From Ramazzottius varieornatus (Eukaryota; Animalia; Tardigrada): a stretch of 64,000 bases of DNA. The DNA is taken from contig BDGG01000004.1 in assembly GCA_001949185.1 (NCBI GenBank), positions 831,620-895,619 of the forward strand. The letters run 5' to 3'. A model generated the notes under the pieces. The model saw only the letters and a program-made list of their open reading frames with translations, had not been told where the DNA came from and did not search any database. The position numbers and the translations under genes were made by a program. Position 1 is the first letter of the stretch; the number at the start of each line of letters is the position of its first letter. Shown piece after piece: positions 37,701-48,890 of this stretch.

Positions 37701-38230
37701 ACGGTTGAGTCTACAGCGCATTCTCGGCAGGAGTAAGTAGGATCGCCAGCCCGGAAGTTCTTGTTACAGAGGTAGCTAGGCACATCGTTCTTCTTGAGAT
37801 GCTGAAACTTGTCAGCCTTTTCTGAGTGTTCACGGCCTACGATGAAAGCTTCGATCGGTTCTAGAAGGTCTTTCCGTAACGCAGCTTCGTCGTGTTTCAG
37901 TCTGACAGGCTGGTCAGTAGTGGCAGCGATGAGATTTGGCACAAGTCGAGCCCAGTGTTGGCGAAGGTACTTATCGACTTCCTCCCGTGTCAGCGCGTTA
38001 TCCAGCGCCTGAAAAATGATCAACCACGACTTTGCAGGTATAGCACTAGGCTCACGTGACTTTTTGCTGTCAACCGACAGCCGAAAACCACCTGATGCAA
38101 ACGCGGCTGTTGAAACGGCATACGACAGCCCGATCCAACCGGCGCAGTTGTGCAGCTTTCAGTTAGAGATTTCGCGCGACGTTAGACACTGTGGACTTAC
38201 GGTAATCACAGCAGATCTGCTAGCAGCCAT
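28711..38230 (-). CDS. UBR2: E3 ubiquitin ligase UBR1/UBR2 (N-recognin), multi-exon
   Basis: UBR box LCNKNF...YSCRECAVDST|CVLCMECF...GGGYCDCGDPEAW; ClpS-like LYNDEVHTY; RING CILC...SSCGHLLHAKCW...EFRCPLC; C-terminal PYVDAYGEPD..LRRGNPLHL; start exon inferred. Confidence 0.93.
29500..29623. repeat. Two tandem arm-spacer-arm elements (UBR intron)
   Basis: 29500-29548 (N27) and 29576-29623 (N26). Confidence 0.9.
31615..31663. repeat. Arm-N27-arm element, perfect arms (UBR intron)
   Basis: ttccCAAGTGGCGCA-27 nt-TGCGCCACTTGggaa; imperfect inverted symmetry extends about 35 bp further out. Confidence 0.92.
33114..33162. repeat. Arm-N27-arm element, perfect arms (UBR intron)
   Basis: CAAGTGGCGCA-27 nt-TGCGCCACTTG. 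Confidence 0.92.
34562..34610. repeat. Arm-N27-arm element (UBR intron)
   Basis: CAAGTGGCGCA-27 nt-TGCGCTACTTA. Confidence 0.85.
37478..37609. repeat. Two tandem arm-N27-arm elements (UBR intron)
   Basis: 37478-37526 and 37561-37609. Confidence 0.9.
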
Positions 38231-38649
38231 CCTTCACAAAACCTTCTTTCAAACCAGACCAGTGCTTTGCTGAATCTCAAGACGATGTATTTGGGTAAAG
38301 GGAGCTGGGGGACGTACGGATCGATGCGTTGTAGCGTCACATCATCTCGTACTGGTTTCCAAGCGTGGCTGATGCGACGAAACTCGGACGACCACGCGGA
38401 TATCCAAGGTACAAGGAAGAAAAGTTTGTTGATAATGATTATTTACGATCGGAGCGAGTTAGAAATCAGAACTCAAGAAGCCTCAGCCACTCACGGCAAA
38501 GGCAGAGCTGGAACAAACAAAACAGCTGAATCTGCGGAAAACAGGAAACCATCCGAGACCGAGTTATCTGTACAAGATGCTATGTCATGGCATGTCATGT
38601 AAGTTAGTTCGGGATTTGGGCAAAATTTTCGGCCCGGTATTCAACTGTA

Positions 38650-39350
38650 TGCGTATGATGACGTGCTTCGCGTAGTTCATGAAGCATTACAATACACGTG
38701 TACTCGTCTTCAGATATCGGGGGCTTCCTGGAACAAATCCTCTTCGGGAGACGGACGATTCCATGTCCTTGTACACAACGTACAAAGAAAGAGCTTCGTC
38801 TAGGGTATCCAAAAACGTCATCGGACAAACGCGGAAACGATTTCAAGCAAACATACAGAGATTCCACTTTCTTTGGTAAGCAGGAAGAACTTGAGGACCT
38901 CGAAAGGAACGAAACGTTTCTTCTTTAGGCGCGATGATGCTCTAGCTGGATTGAATGGAACACCTTGTCTTGAGAATTGAGAGACAACTTGTATCTTCAG
39001 CAGGTGGAATTTTCAGAATGCTCGCAGGAAGTTCAGGTCTTTATCGTTCCCCATAAGCCTGTACGGCCCAAACTTCTTTGCTCAGTGGACGATAGCTGTA
39101 TGACCCCCCTTCAAGACGGTGGATGACGTCTCACACCGAAGGTCATAGTACCGGTCTGTCCATGAGCAAGCGTTCATTACACTGGCTCTTCCAGTTATAC
39201 TTTTGTGAACTACGACGTCATCCCTTTGAGGGAACAGAGGGATATCGTGAGGTTCGGACTGAGTACGAGAGGAGACATGCTACTCTTGGCGGTAGTGCGA
39301 TGAGGTATTTCAACTCTCGCTTTAACGCGACATGCTTCCTGTGAGACCGA
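38650..39350 (+). pseudogene. Possible highly decayed Mutator-like transposase fragment
   Basis: RWMTSHTEGHSTGLS loosely resembles the MULE C-terminal RTNNxxEGxH motif; many stops. Confidence 0.25.
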
Positions 39351-39441
39351 CGCGCCACACTAACCTTAGTCCCTACTAGCTAGTGGTTCTGACCACTGGA
39401 AAGGCCGAGCAAAGGAGGCAAACCATTGTAGAGCGAGCACT

Positions 39442-39777
39442 TTACTGCGTTGCGTTGCCTAATGCAAGTAACTGTTTTTCCTCGGCAACTTTCTCTTGTA
39501 TCACAGGAGGATTTGCCAGCTTAGCAAGGCAGTCAAAATCAAAATATTGCAGGAACGCTAGGTCTGACAACGACCGTACTCGAGAACAGCCAAAAAATGA
39601 TAGCCCTATCGCAAACTCGTTCTTTCCTAAGTCAAGAACCACGCTTGGCAGGGTTGTCCCTTGCGCCTTGAAATCACTGATCGCCGAGATAAACGGGTGG
39701 CCCATAATTGATAACAGGCCAATAATTAGACTAGTTACGTGTACGGCCATCGTAAGTCGTAACTTGTGACTCGCAGT
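39442..39777 (-). mobile_element. PIF1-family helicase C-terminal relic (Helitron-like), interrupted by the hAT insertion
   Basis: KAQGTTLPSVVLDLGKNEFAIGLSFFGCSRVRSL matches PIF1 motifs V/VI (HKSQGxTL...GxxYVALSRV). Confidence 0.75.
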
Positions 39778-39965
39778 TATGGTTGTTAATGGATAGATAA
39801 ACGGTTAAATGGATGGATAAGCGGATGGATAAGAACTTATCCGGATACCATTTGGATGGATAAAAGGTCTATCCGTATCCAGCTTCTTGGATAAAACTTT
39901 TATCCGGATTATCCGAATATTATCCGGTTAAACCAATTAGATGAAAACTATATGTTCAATGACTA

Positions 39966-42499
39966 ACGTCGGGATCACAACAGGGAGGGGAGCACTCTCG
40001 TACAGAGAAATTTCTGAGCCGCTGCCCAGATCCCTTCCTAGAGAAAATCTTGAGCGATCTTCCGACTTCGGAAATCGTTTTGCATGTTTTGATTGACAGG
40101 ATTTGCTCTTGGTCATCCCGCCATCGGGGATATTTTTCTTGATTGTCCGCACGCTACAGACCAACCCGCCCATCGTGGACTTTGGACTCTGATGTCAGCA
40201 GGCAAAAAAAGAAAATTTGCGGGCGTGAAATGTAAAAGGTACCGGCACAGACGATATTCTTATCGGCCTTCTGGCATCTGACCTTCATGCTGCACGTTGG
40301 AAAACGATAGAGTCGAGACAACTTCTTTGTTGTCTTCTCCTATCACAGCTGGAAAGTATGAAGAGTCAGCCAGGAAAACACTGGAGAGATAAGAGCTTCC
40401 ATCAAACACAAGCGAAAACCGTCTCCTCAGTTTTCAAATACACCACAGTATTCTACAAAAGCGTATACCGTAGTCTGACGAAACTAACAGGAAGCTGAGA
40501 GATGTCTTCCAGTTCTTCTCTGTATCCCGTGAATGTGAGGCATATTGCTCACTTATGGAAAGTGCTGGGTCAGTCGTTTTTTGGGTCGAATAAATATACT
40601 CTGACCACTCTGGCAGGTCGCCGTAAGGCAATCGCGCATCTGTGCCAGCGAAGTCCACGCACCATCCAGAACATCACTACGAACTGGGATTTGATAACTG
40701 GTCCACCGAGCGGAACTGCAGTCGAGAGCAACACCGTTCCGGAAGATGACGTGAATGAAACCTTGGACCCGGTTGTCGAGACGGAAGAAATGGAGGGTGT
40801 CGCGGGCGTCAGTCGGCACTTTTTGAAGGAGTCGGAATACGGGAAAGTTCGTGCGATCATTCACCGGGAGTACAAGAGTAAGATACACATCACGGTGGAA
40901 TCTCTACTGCCATTGGTGGAGGAGGAAGTCGGTGTTAAGGTGTCGAAATCCACGATGTATCGTGTGTTACGTCGAATGGGCTTCCGATATCGGGATCGGT
41001 CCACTAAACACCTGTTTGGTGACCCAAGCCTCAAAGTCAGGCGTATCCGTTACATCCGAGCGGTTCGTCAGTTTCGACAGAAGAAAGCCCTGATTGCCTT
41101 CCTGGATGAGACTTGGTTGAACGAGAACTACCAGTTTCGCAAGAGTTGGATCGGACTCGACAAAGAAAAATCCACCGGCACAGCCTAAATCCTGTGGAAG
41201 GACTGCGGACAGTCGCATCCAAGTGGATCGGGAAAGCGTCTGGTCATTTTCGACGTGGTGACGGATAGGGGATTCGCTCCCGGATGTGAACTTATCTGGG
41301 AAGCCTCAAAGCACACTGGGGACTACCACGGGAATTTCAACTACCAAAACTACGAGAAGTAAGCCAGTAGGTCAAATCAATCAATCAAATTTTGTATGAT
41401 CACGTGGTCTTTTCGTTTGGAAGAGTTTTGCTTGTTGCACCAGGTCAATCAAGCGGCTTGATTTTGAGAAAAGTAAAAACAAGTTTTCTGAGTTTTCTGA
41501 GCATATCTCGCAAACCATTGGTTCGATCTTTCCGGTCCGAGCAGACAGAATAAAGATATCGACTGGGTCTTTCTGATTATGGAAGAATTTGTAATGAAAC
41601 TCTCACCATGACGGAATGCCAATGCTTCAAGTTTTCGATGACGTCATGATAAATTTTGGCTGTTATGGTTTTAGGTTCATGAAGGACGTGGTGGTTCCCC
41701 GTTTGAAAGAATTTGCTCGGCTCCACGGATATGACATGGTTGTGATCGTGCTGGATAACGCAAGTTATCATTACAGCTTGATGGCACAGTTCAGAAGACC
41801 CAAGAGAGTGAAGAAAGAAATCCAGCAGTGGCTGACTGACCATAGGATCGAGTTCGGTGCGCGAGAACTGATGGCCGAGCTGTGGCAGAAGGTGACGGAC
41901 TTCCTGAAAAATCACGTGGGCGACAGGTACTACATGGATGACTATTTGAAGACCGAAGAAGGTATCGAGACAGTTCGTCTGCCGCTCTACCACTGTGACT
42001 TCAACCCGATTGAAAAATGCTGGGCCCGCCGCAAAGGGTATGTCGCTAAGCAAAACACAACCAGAAAGCTGCCTGACCTGATCAAGCTGTGGGAAGGATC
42101 TGCTGATATCTTCAAGCCAGAAGACTCCCCCAAGCTCTTCGCCCATTGCATCAAGCTTGAGGATGACTACTGGGATATCGACACAAAGGAACTGGGATAT
42201 CGACACGGCTTGGGCGCTTGTTGTGGTACCCGATGTAAAACGCGGAAGTATGGGACAACAGGTTGACTGACGTCAGAGTCCAAAGTCCACGATGGGCGGG
42301 TTGGTCTGTAGCGTGCGGACAATCAAGAAAAATATCCCCGATGGCGGGATGACCAAGAGCAAATCCTGTCAATTAAAACATGCAAAACGATTTCCCAAGT
42401 CGGAAGATCGCTCAAGATTTTCTCTAGGAAGGGATCTGGGCAGCGGCTCAGGAATTTCTCTGTACGAGAGTGCTCCCCTCCCTGTTATGATCCCGACCT
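39966..42499 (+). mobile_element. Tc1/mariner-IS630 superfamily element, Sailor-like (DD85E), with 233-bp TIRs and TA TSD
   Basis: TIRs 39966-40198 and 42267-42499 with about 6 mismatches; TA at 39964-39965 and 42500-42501. Confidence 0.92.
40358..42266 (+). pseudogene. Intron-containing DD85E transposase with two in-frame stops
   Basis: HTH (VSKSTMYRVLRRMGFRY), FLDETW, GKRLVIF..GDYHG, VLDNASYH-85 aa-NPIE; intron 41359-41674; TGA 40496 and TAA 41186 in frame. Confidence 0.88.
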
Positions 42500-43582
42500 T
42501 AGAGCCAAACCGAAACTACCAAACTTTGTAGCGTATCTATGCATCGTCTGTCATCATTGCTACCATAGCTTCAAAAACCACCGTTCGAGAGTTCAGGCAT
42601 AACATGGCTTGAAGGGCCACAGGTTCTAGGCGGTTACGAAGGACTGTAACGTATCGACGACAACCAGAGAATGCACTCTTAGGAGGCACAGAAGAAGCCT
42701 GTGCAGCAAGAACATCCTTCGCAATGCGGTATAATGTCGGATAGCGGCTTTCCGACATGCTCCAAAATTCCAGGACATCTCTTTTGACTGATTCCTTTGG
42801 ATCCAGGAAGAATTGGTCATCTTCGTTAAGCTGGGAGTCTGCTACCGAAGTGACTTGCGCCATCATCCGTTCGCGGATAGACAGCTGCGTATTCGGAGGT
42901 GGAGCAGTAGACCTCTCCGCAATGTCGGAACTTCCTCTTTGGCTGTAATAAAAGCAACTTACAAACAACACGAGCTATAGTTCGTAAGAACGGAAGAGTG
43001 TAACGAGGAACAATGTTCAAAAATCCGACTTCCGGTAGGCTTGTAACAGTAGAGAGATTACGCATCGGTACGATTCTTTCAGACTGCTACGTCACGTTAG
43101 CAAGACGAGTTGGGCTGTTCTGCTTTGATTGTCTGTTTTATTGATTAGGAGCTGGATGGATAAAATTCTTATCCAATCTATGTTTTATCCGGATATATCA
43201 GGATAAATCCGTTTTGGATGGATAATTAACATCCCTACTCACAGTACGGTTCCCCAGTAGAATTTTTAATCGCCCCGATCAAGTGGCGTGTCTTTTTTCA
43301 GTACTGTGTTTGCGATATCTGAAAGCTCGAAGAATCTGATCGTCATTGAAATCCCGACAGATTTAAAAGGATAATTTTGCATAAACTGATAATTTTGCAG
43401 GAAAGCTAGGTTGTGGAGATGGTGGCCTACGTCTCACGGACAGCTCAGACACAGAGGTGGAAGAAGCGCGTCGTCAAGAACAACTTGGAAAAGAGCGGAA
43501 GAAGCGTGACAGAGAAGAGATAAAGACTGCACGACAACGCCAAGAACGGACGAGCTGTTGCTTAAACAATGCCATTCATTCA

Positions 43583-43664
43583 CTAGTACGTGTACGAATT
43601 TGTACCGTGGGCCACACACAAAATATTGCCTATGCCCCACGGTACAAATTCGGACACGTACTAG
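43583..43664. repeat. 29-bp inverted repeat with 24-nt loop (tiny MITE or hairpin)
   Basis: ctagtacgtgtacgaatttgtaccgtggg / cccacggtacaaattcggacacgtactag, 1 mismatch. Confidence 0.85.
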
Positions 43665-43969
43665 CGAAATGATCGGCACTCTAAGGCAGGTCAAATTCGA
43701 CGTGATGCTGAACACTGAAGTAAATATGGTATTGTATGATATACTGTATGATATTATCTTGCATAAAACACACTGTTCAAAGTATGTCTATTCCGAGATG
43801 TGCGCCGCCGTTCTTCATATTTGCTTGGTTAGCCCATTGGTCGAAAGGCGTGGAAGTCGATCATTTTAGATATCAAGTTTTGTTTCTGTGGTAGTAACTA
43901 TGGTTTGGTTTCGCCCAATATCAATTTTAGCTGACAAAAAATATATTTCTTCACACCGGGATTGTGAAG

Positions 43970-46900
43970 TTATTTCACAGAGTTTCCACAGCGCAGAATA
44001 TTCAGAAAAGCTTTCCGGAATTCTTCGTTGAAAACTGTATAAATGACCGGGTTCATAAAACTGTTTGCGTAGCCTAACCAAGTGGTTAGCATAAAAACGG
44101 TCGCTCCTGGCGGATCCCAGTCCAGTTTGTCGCAGATGGCGTTGGTCATGTTGGCGGTGAAGAAAGGCACCCAGCAGACAAGAAACACACCTGCAAGAAT
44201 AAACCATATTATTATTATCGTACTTTGTAGTTCGCAAATTAAGACTAATCTTACCTAATACGATGGCCAAAGTTTTGGTGGCTTTGCGCTCTCGTTTGAC
44301 CAGCAGCTTTTCTCGGGACTTTATGGATCGGCGCATGGTCTTGGATTTGTGGCCTTTGCCATGACCAGCAGCCAGAAGGTTCACACCGCCGTTCTGATTC
44401 ACCATTACTGGCTCCGCTTTCCTCCGAGCAGGCGAGAGAACCCGAATGAGTCGTTTCCGGTACGATCCACGCTCCTGAGGAGCCTCCTCGTTCTTGGGCT
44501 GACCGGTGTACTCGGCGTCCATTTCGGTCGCGAGTCCTTCTTCAGCATCAGGGCTCAGAAGGTTGTCATCGTTGTTACAACTCGAATCTTCCGATTGCAT
44601 ACGCTTTGCTAACTTTGGTCCATTGTGTGACATTGACAGTCTTTTCAGGAAACTATTGACAGCTGGAGCAGCTAACTTTTGATCCGGAGATATGGGAGCT
44701 GATGGTTCGGGAGGTAGCGGTTTCACGACGGTACTTTGGTCCACCTGTAGATTGACAACGCCCGAATCAGCGTCGATATCCTCGATTTCATTCTCGTCAA
44801 CCAGGAAGCTCGAGCTGGCATTCGTGACGGCTTCAGTGGCTGTGGACGGACGGCTTTTGTTGGTTGTGAGAGATTGCCGGTGGGTGTCACCGACAACTTT
44901 CATATTGCCACTATTGCTGCGGTTCAAGGGATGCCACCGTACTTCGGCCAAGGGTATGTTGGGACCTTTACTGAAATGCGGGTTATGGTTGGAGTTAGAA
45001 GGGAGGATCGTCGCAGAGGGCGGCTTGTGCAATACTGGTTGATGATGTCCATGACGCTTACTGGCGGCTTTTTGAGCTCGTGTTCGAATGGCTTGAAAGA
45101 TTTGGTAGTACAGGACGATCATCAGAACACTGCGAATCAACAGTTTAAAACTTTGTATGAGGAATGCGAGGTTGGGTCGAGGATATGGTTGGAGAATCCT
45201 GGTGAACTTACCAGGGTATAAAGAAGGAGCTGAGCGAGGAATAAATGATAAAGTCCGAATTGTAAAACTGGCAGGAGTGCGCCACCCGTTTGCCGTTTCC
45301 GGGGACGTTTAATCCCAGGATAATTGGCATGCCAATGCCGCAGCTGACAAGCCAGACAATGCAAATGGTGTAAACCACTCGTCTGTGGTTCTTGTGGCGT
45401 GCATACTTGATGGGCATCGTCACTGCAATAAATCTGCAACCACAAAAACATGTAGGCCATTAATTGAACACTGATATAAATTACGGCCGCTCAATCATGT
45501 TACTTCAAATCTACTCATGAAAAATTTCGATCAGGTTGGATGCTATTCGGCACACGACTGACACTGGTTGGCATCAAAATCTAAGGGACTGCAAAGTTTT
45601 GGCGGGCACTTGATACTGCGTAGTGTCAAGTTGAAAGATAATCGAACTAGTTGACTGGGTAATGGATCACGCGATCAGTCGTCGGCTGAAAGAACTCAAG
45701 GGACTCGTTGATCCTGTATCGGTTCAGCAAGATCGCGACAGCCAAAAATCATGTTGGGATGTGAGCGAGGGACTTGTGTGGCGACCCGTTTGTCTACAGA
45801 AACCCTTTTCCCATAGCGCATACAACTTTGCAGGGTTTCGAAAGGCATACCCACTTGTTTGATAGAGCAAAAACATTCCATGTTAAACCACGTGATGTTT
45901 TTCCATGGAACTTATATATGGATCTTTTGTCAGCTTTTAGAATTACCAGGTTTTCGAGTGGACTTGGACTATCGGGCGAAAAGAGAGATTTTATGCGCGA
46001 GTCCAGATGGAAGGTTGCTTGCTTTACTTCTATTGCGACTATTGTAGCTGGAGGTCGCAGTAGCCGGCTTCCCGGTCGCCAGCCATGTTAAGATTTAACG
46101 TTGATCCTAAACATGTCGGTGATGGAGAGGCCAGAAAAGTTTTATCCATCGTCGCGTTACGCTTTGAAGTTGTCATGATGGCGAACTAAGATTCAGGGCC
46201 AGGGAGCTGACAAGGGAAGCGTGGATGACAAACGATATGATAAACTAGTAGTGACACAAGACTCTATCAAGACTTTTCAAATGTCTGTCGATACTTAAAA
46301 GCTTTTAAGTGTCATATCAACAGTCGTATTCTCGTATATGCGTTCGCCACTGCCGAAGCTATCTTCAGCTTCCAGACAGCCATCGTGCTGGATGTGGAGA
46401 CGAGCCTCATTTCTTTCCTGACTTCCTACTTTTTGAAGGACCGTGTGTTTGCACTGTGGTCCTTACGTAACTTCTCTCCAATTCCCTAGGGACTCAGATT
46501 GCGGTCTCCGTTCGACCCACAACTCTGTTGACTGATGCTGCGCTAGCCTGTAGCGTAACAGAAACTAGCGGATCCTTTTGTTCTTACCTGTCTATACTGA
46601 TGGCGGTCAGGTTGAAGATGGAGCAGGTGCTCGCTATGACATCTGAAGCAATCCATGTATCACAGATTCGATCTCCCAAGCCCCAGTAATTACTGTTTAC
46701 CTGAAAACAACATGAAAAGCAAGCTCGTTATCACAAGTGGCGCACGATCCCATTTTGATTAGCCGAATGCGTGCGCTGCTCACGAAAACAATCATGTTCA
46801 AGTCATTTGACGACGTGCCAACCATCACTGTGAACCCCGACCGCAAAAGATTCTCGTTACAATCTGGATACTGGTTTTGCTGTAAAATAATTAGATCTGA

Positions 46901-48890
46901 ACCGGTTAGCAGCTGCGAGAAGCGACTGCGCAGCGCTTCATGATGAAACTGGACAATTATGAGGAGGAAGCTGGGATCATCCGGAAATGAGAAGCGACAA
47001 GCGCGGATTAACTTATGACAGATCCCGACTGCATAGGTCTTCATGGATACGCAGTTCGTGCTGCAACAATAATCTGGTGCTCATGTCATGTAGCATATCC
47101 ACTTACACCTATTAAAAACTTTGTATATCATCTGCTGTTTACAGTTTACTGAACTGACGCAAGGAAGATGATTGATCTGCTTTTGGCATATTTCTTGCAT
47201 TATGACTAGCACAGCCATGTGCTGGTTTTTGTCATGTTAGGATCATGTTAGACGGCTTCCTCAGCTACGAATTTCAAGTTGAGCATTAACTTTTGTCAAA
47301 ACTGCCGTTGCCCTGAACAGAAAAATCCAGGCAAAAGCCATCAATGACAAGAAGTACGAAATAACTGCAAACCGCAGTTGGGAGGTACGCGGGCAAATGA
47401 GCGGAAACAGGTCATTAATTCAAGTGGCGGAAATGCTCTTTTTCAATGGCTGGAAGAGTGCGCCACGGGGGAAAACGACCCGATTCAGATCATCTACCCC
47501 CGTCCCGATTTAGGACGAAGGGTTCTGATAATGCGAACCTTTTGTTTGCCATCTGCGGTATTATACCCGGTCCCTGGAGTTTCAAGCGAATTGGCTTAGT
47601 GGGCAGCCAAGTGGTTTAGACTAAACTTACCTCGATGTAAACGGCAAATGGCATAACGCCGGCAGCCACGAATAAATCCGCCGATGCCAAACTGACGATG
47701 AAATAGTTGGTGGCGGTCTGAAGAGACTTCTCCCGGGACACACTAAGAATAACCAGGGCATTGCCGAAAATAGTCAGGATGGGGAAGATCAGCAGAAACA
47801 AAGCCCAATAGTTCTCGGGGTGATCCGTTACGTCACCGCTACCGGTCAAGTTCGTGCCATTCTGTAGTGATTCCAGCGGGAAAGTACTCCGATATGGAAC
47901 GAGGAGCTGTCCCGGCAAGAAGGTGATGTTTTCCAGCAGGGAAGCCACGGTCTGCGTTGTCGACATGAATAAGTCCTCGGCAGCGTCGACCGAGGAATTA
48001 ATTCCAGTGCTCTTGGGATGGGTATATCCCGAGGATGAAACGTTGCTAAATAGATCAGCGGGCAGCCGGGACAAAAAGCTGTGATTCGAAGCAGCAGGCG
48101 TATCGAATGGTGCACTTGTGAAGATGCTGGATAATGTTGTTGTTGACTTGAGGGAGAAGAAAGGAGGCAAGGTGAAGGCGTGGAGGGTACCATTGGCTGA
48201 GCTGTTAAACGATAGGGCGGGAAGTATAATGTCAGAGGTCGCCGCGACAGCATAAGAATGTAGCGTCTCGCTGACATTGTGGTACAGCAACTCCTCCGTG
48301 CTGGCATGTTCTTCTTCCGATCCGATGGAATGTGACAGCGTGGAGGCTGTGCTGAACGCCGACGCGGTCGAGTTGTGGCCATCTTCCTCTTCGATGATGT
48401 TTTCTTCACGGAGGGCGTGTAACCATTGCGGAAAGAAGAGCTCGCGCAGACTGACCAAGGCCTTGAACATGGCGGCATATGGACTGCTTGAATCGGCTGA
48501 GTGTTCCTGTTCGAAGGACCAGTTCCCTACCGTGAGGTTTTCATTAGGAGCCACCGGATTACCCCAGAGCGAAATTGACGACTGATAACTTTCATTATAC
48601 TGACGCGGAGGAAGAGCTAAAGTGGAGGTGGAGGCAACGGGCAGACCACCAGCTAGACGTAATAATGGAAGTAATGTCAGGATAATTACAGGCCACTTCC
48701 TGCAAAGATTGGGGATGTCGATCGCCTCGTGGTTAGCGCGGCGTGCTGGTAGTACGCGCACTGATGACACAGAACAAGGCTTCCAGCTAGCGGCGAACCA
48801 TGATCTTCCTGCCGAGCTTCCTTGTTCATATTGCTTCCCTCCGGTTCCAATTAGAAGTCGCGCAACCTCGAGCACGAGTACCCGATATGC
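43970..48890 (-). CDS. D2-like dopamine receptor (class A GPCR); exons 48890-47631, 46700-46588, 45433-45212, 45129-44255 and 44190-43970; start exon not identified
   Basis: [24 protein letters not shown]3 WIASDV...AISIDRF, TM5 [16 protein letters not shown]-like [49 protein letters not shown], short C-tail with Cys. Confidence 0.9.
46734..46782. repeat. Arm-N27-arm element (dopamine receptor intron)
   Basis: CAAGTGGCGCA-27 nt-TGCGCTGCTCA. Confidence 0.75.
47421..47469. repeat. Arm-N27-arm element (dopamine receptor intron)
   Basis: CAAGTGGCGGA-27 nt-TGCGCCACGGG. Confidence 0.8.

Larger units (their letters stand above)
39778..43237 (-). mobile_element. Internally deleted hAT transposon
   Basis: Ends tatggttgttaat / attaacatcccta (TAGGGATG-type TIR); 8-bp TSD ctcgcagt (39770-39777) / ctcacagt (43238-43245); GGATA subterminal repeats at both ends; hAT dimerisation domain 42537-42971 (DVLEFW...YPTLYRIAKDVLAAQASSV...SAFS...RNRL). 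Confidence 0.9.

Noticed and set aside
39937-42531. Duplicated small ORFs MGGLVCSVRT... and MTGFALGHP...
   Set aside because: Chance translations of the 233-bp TIRs
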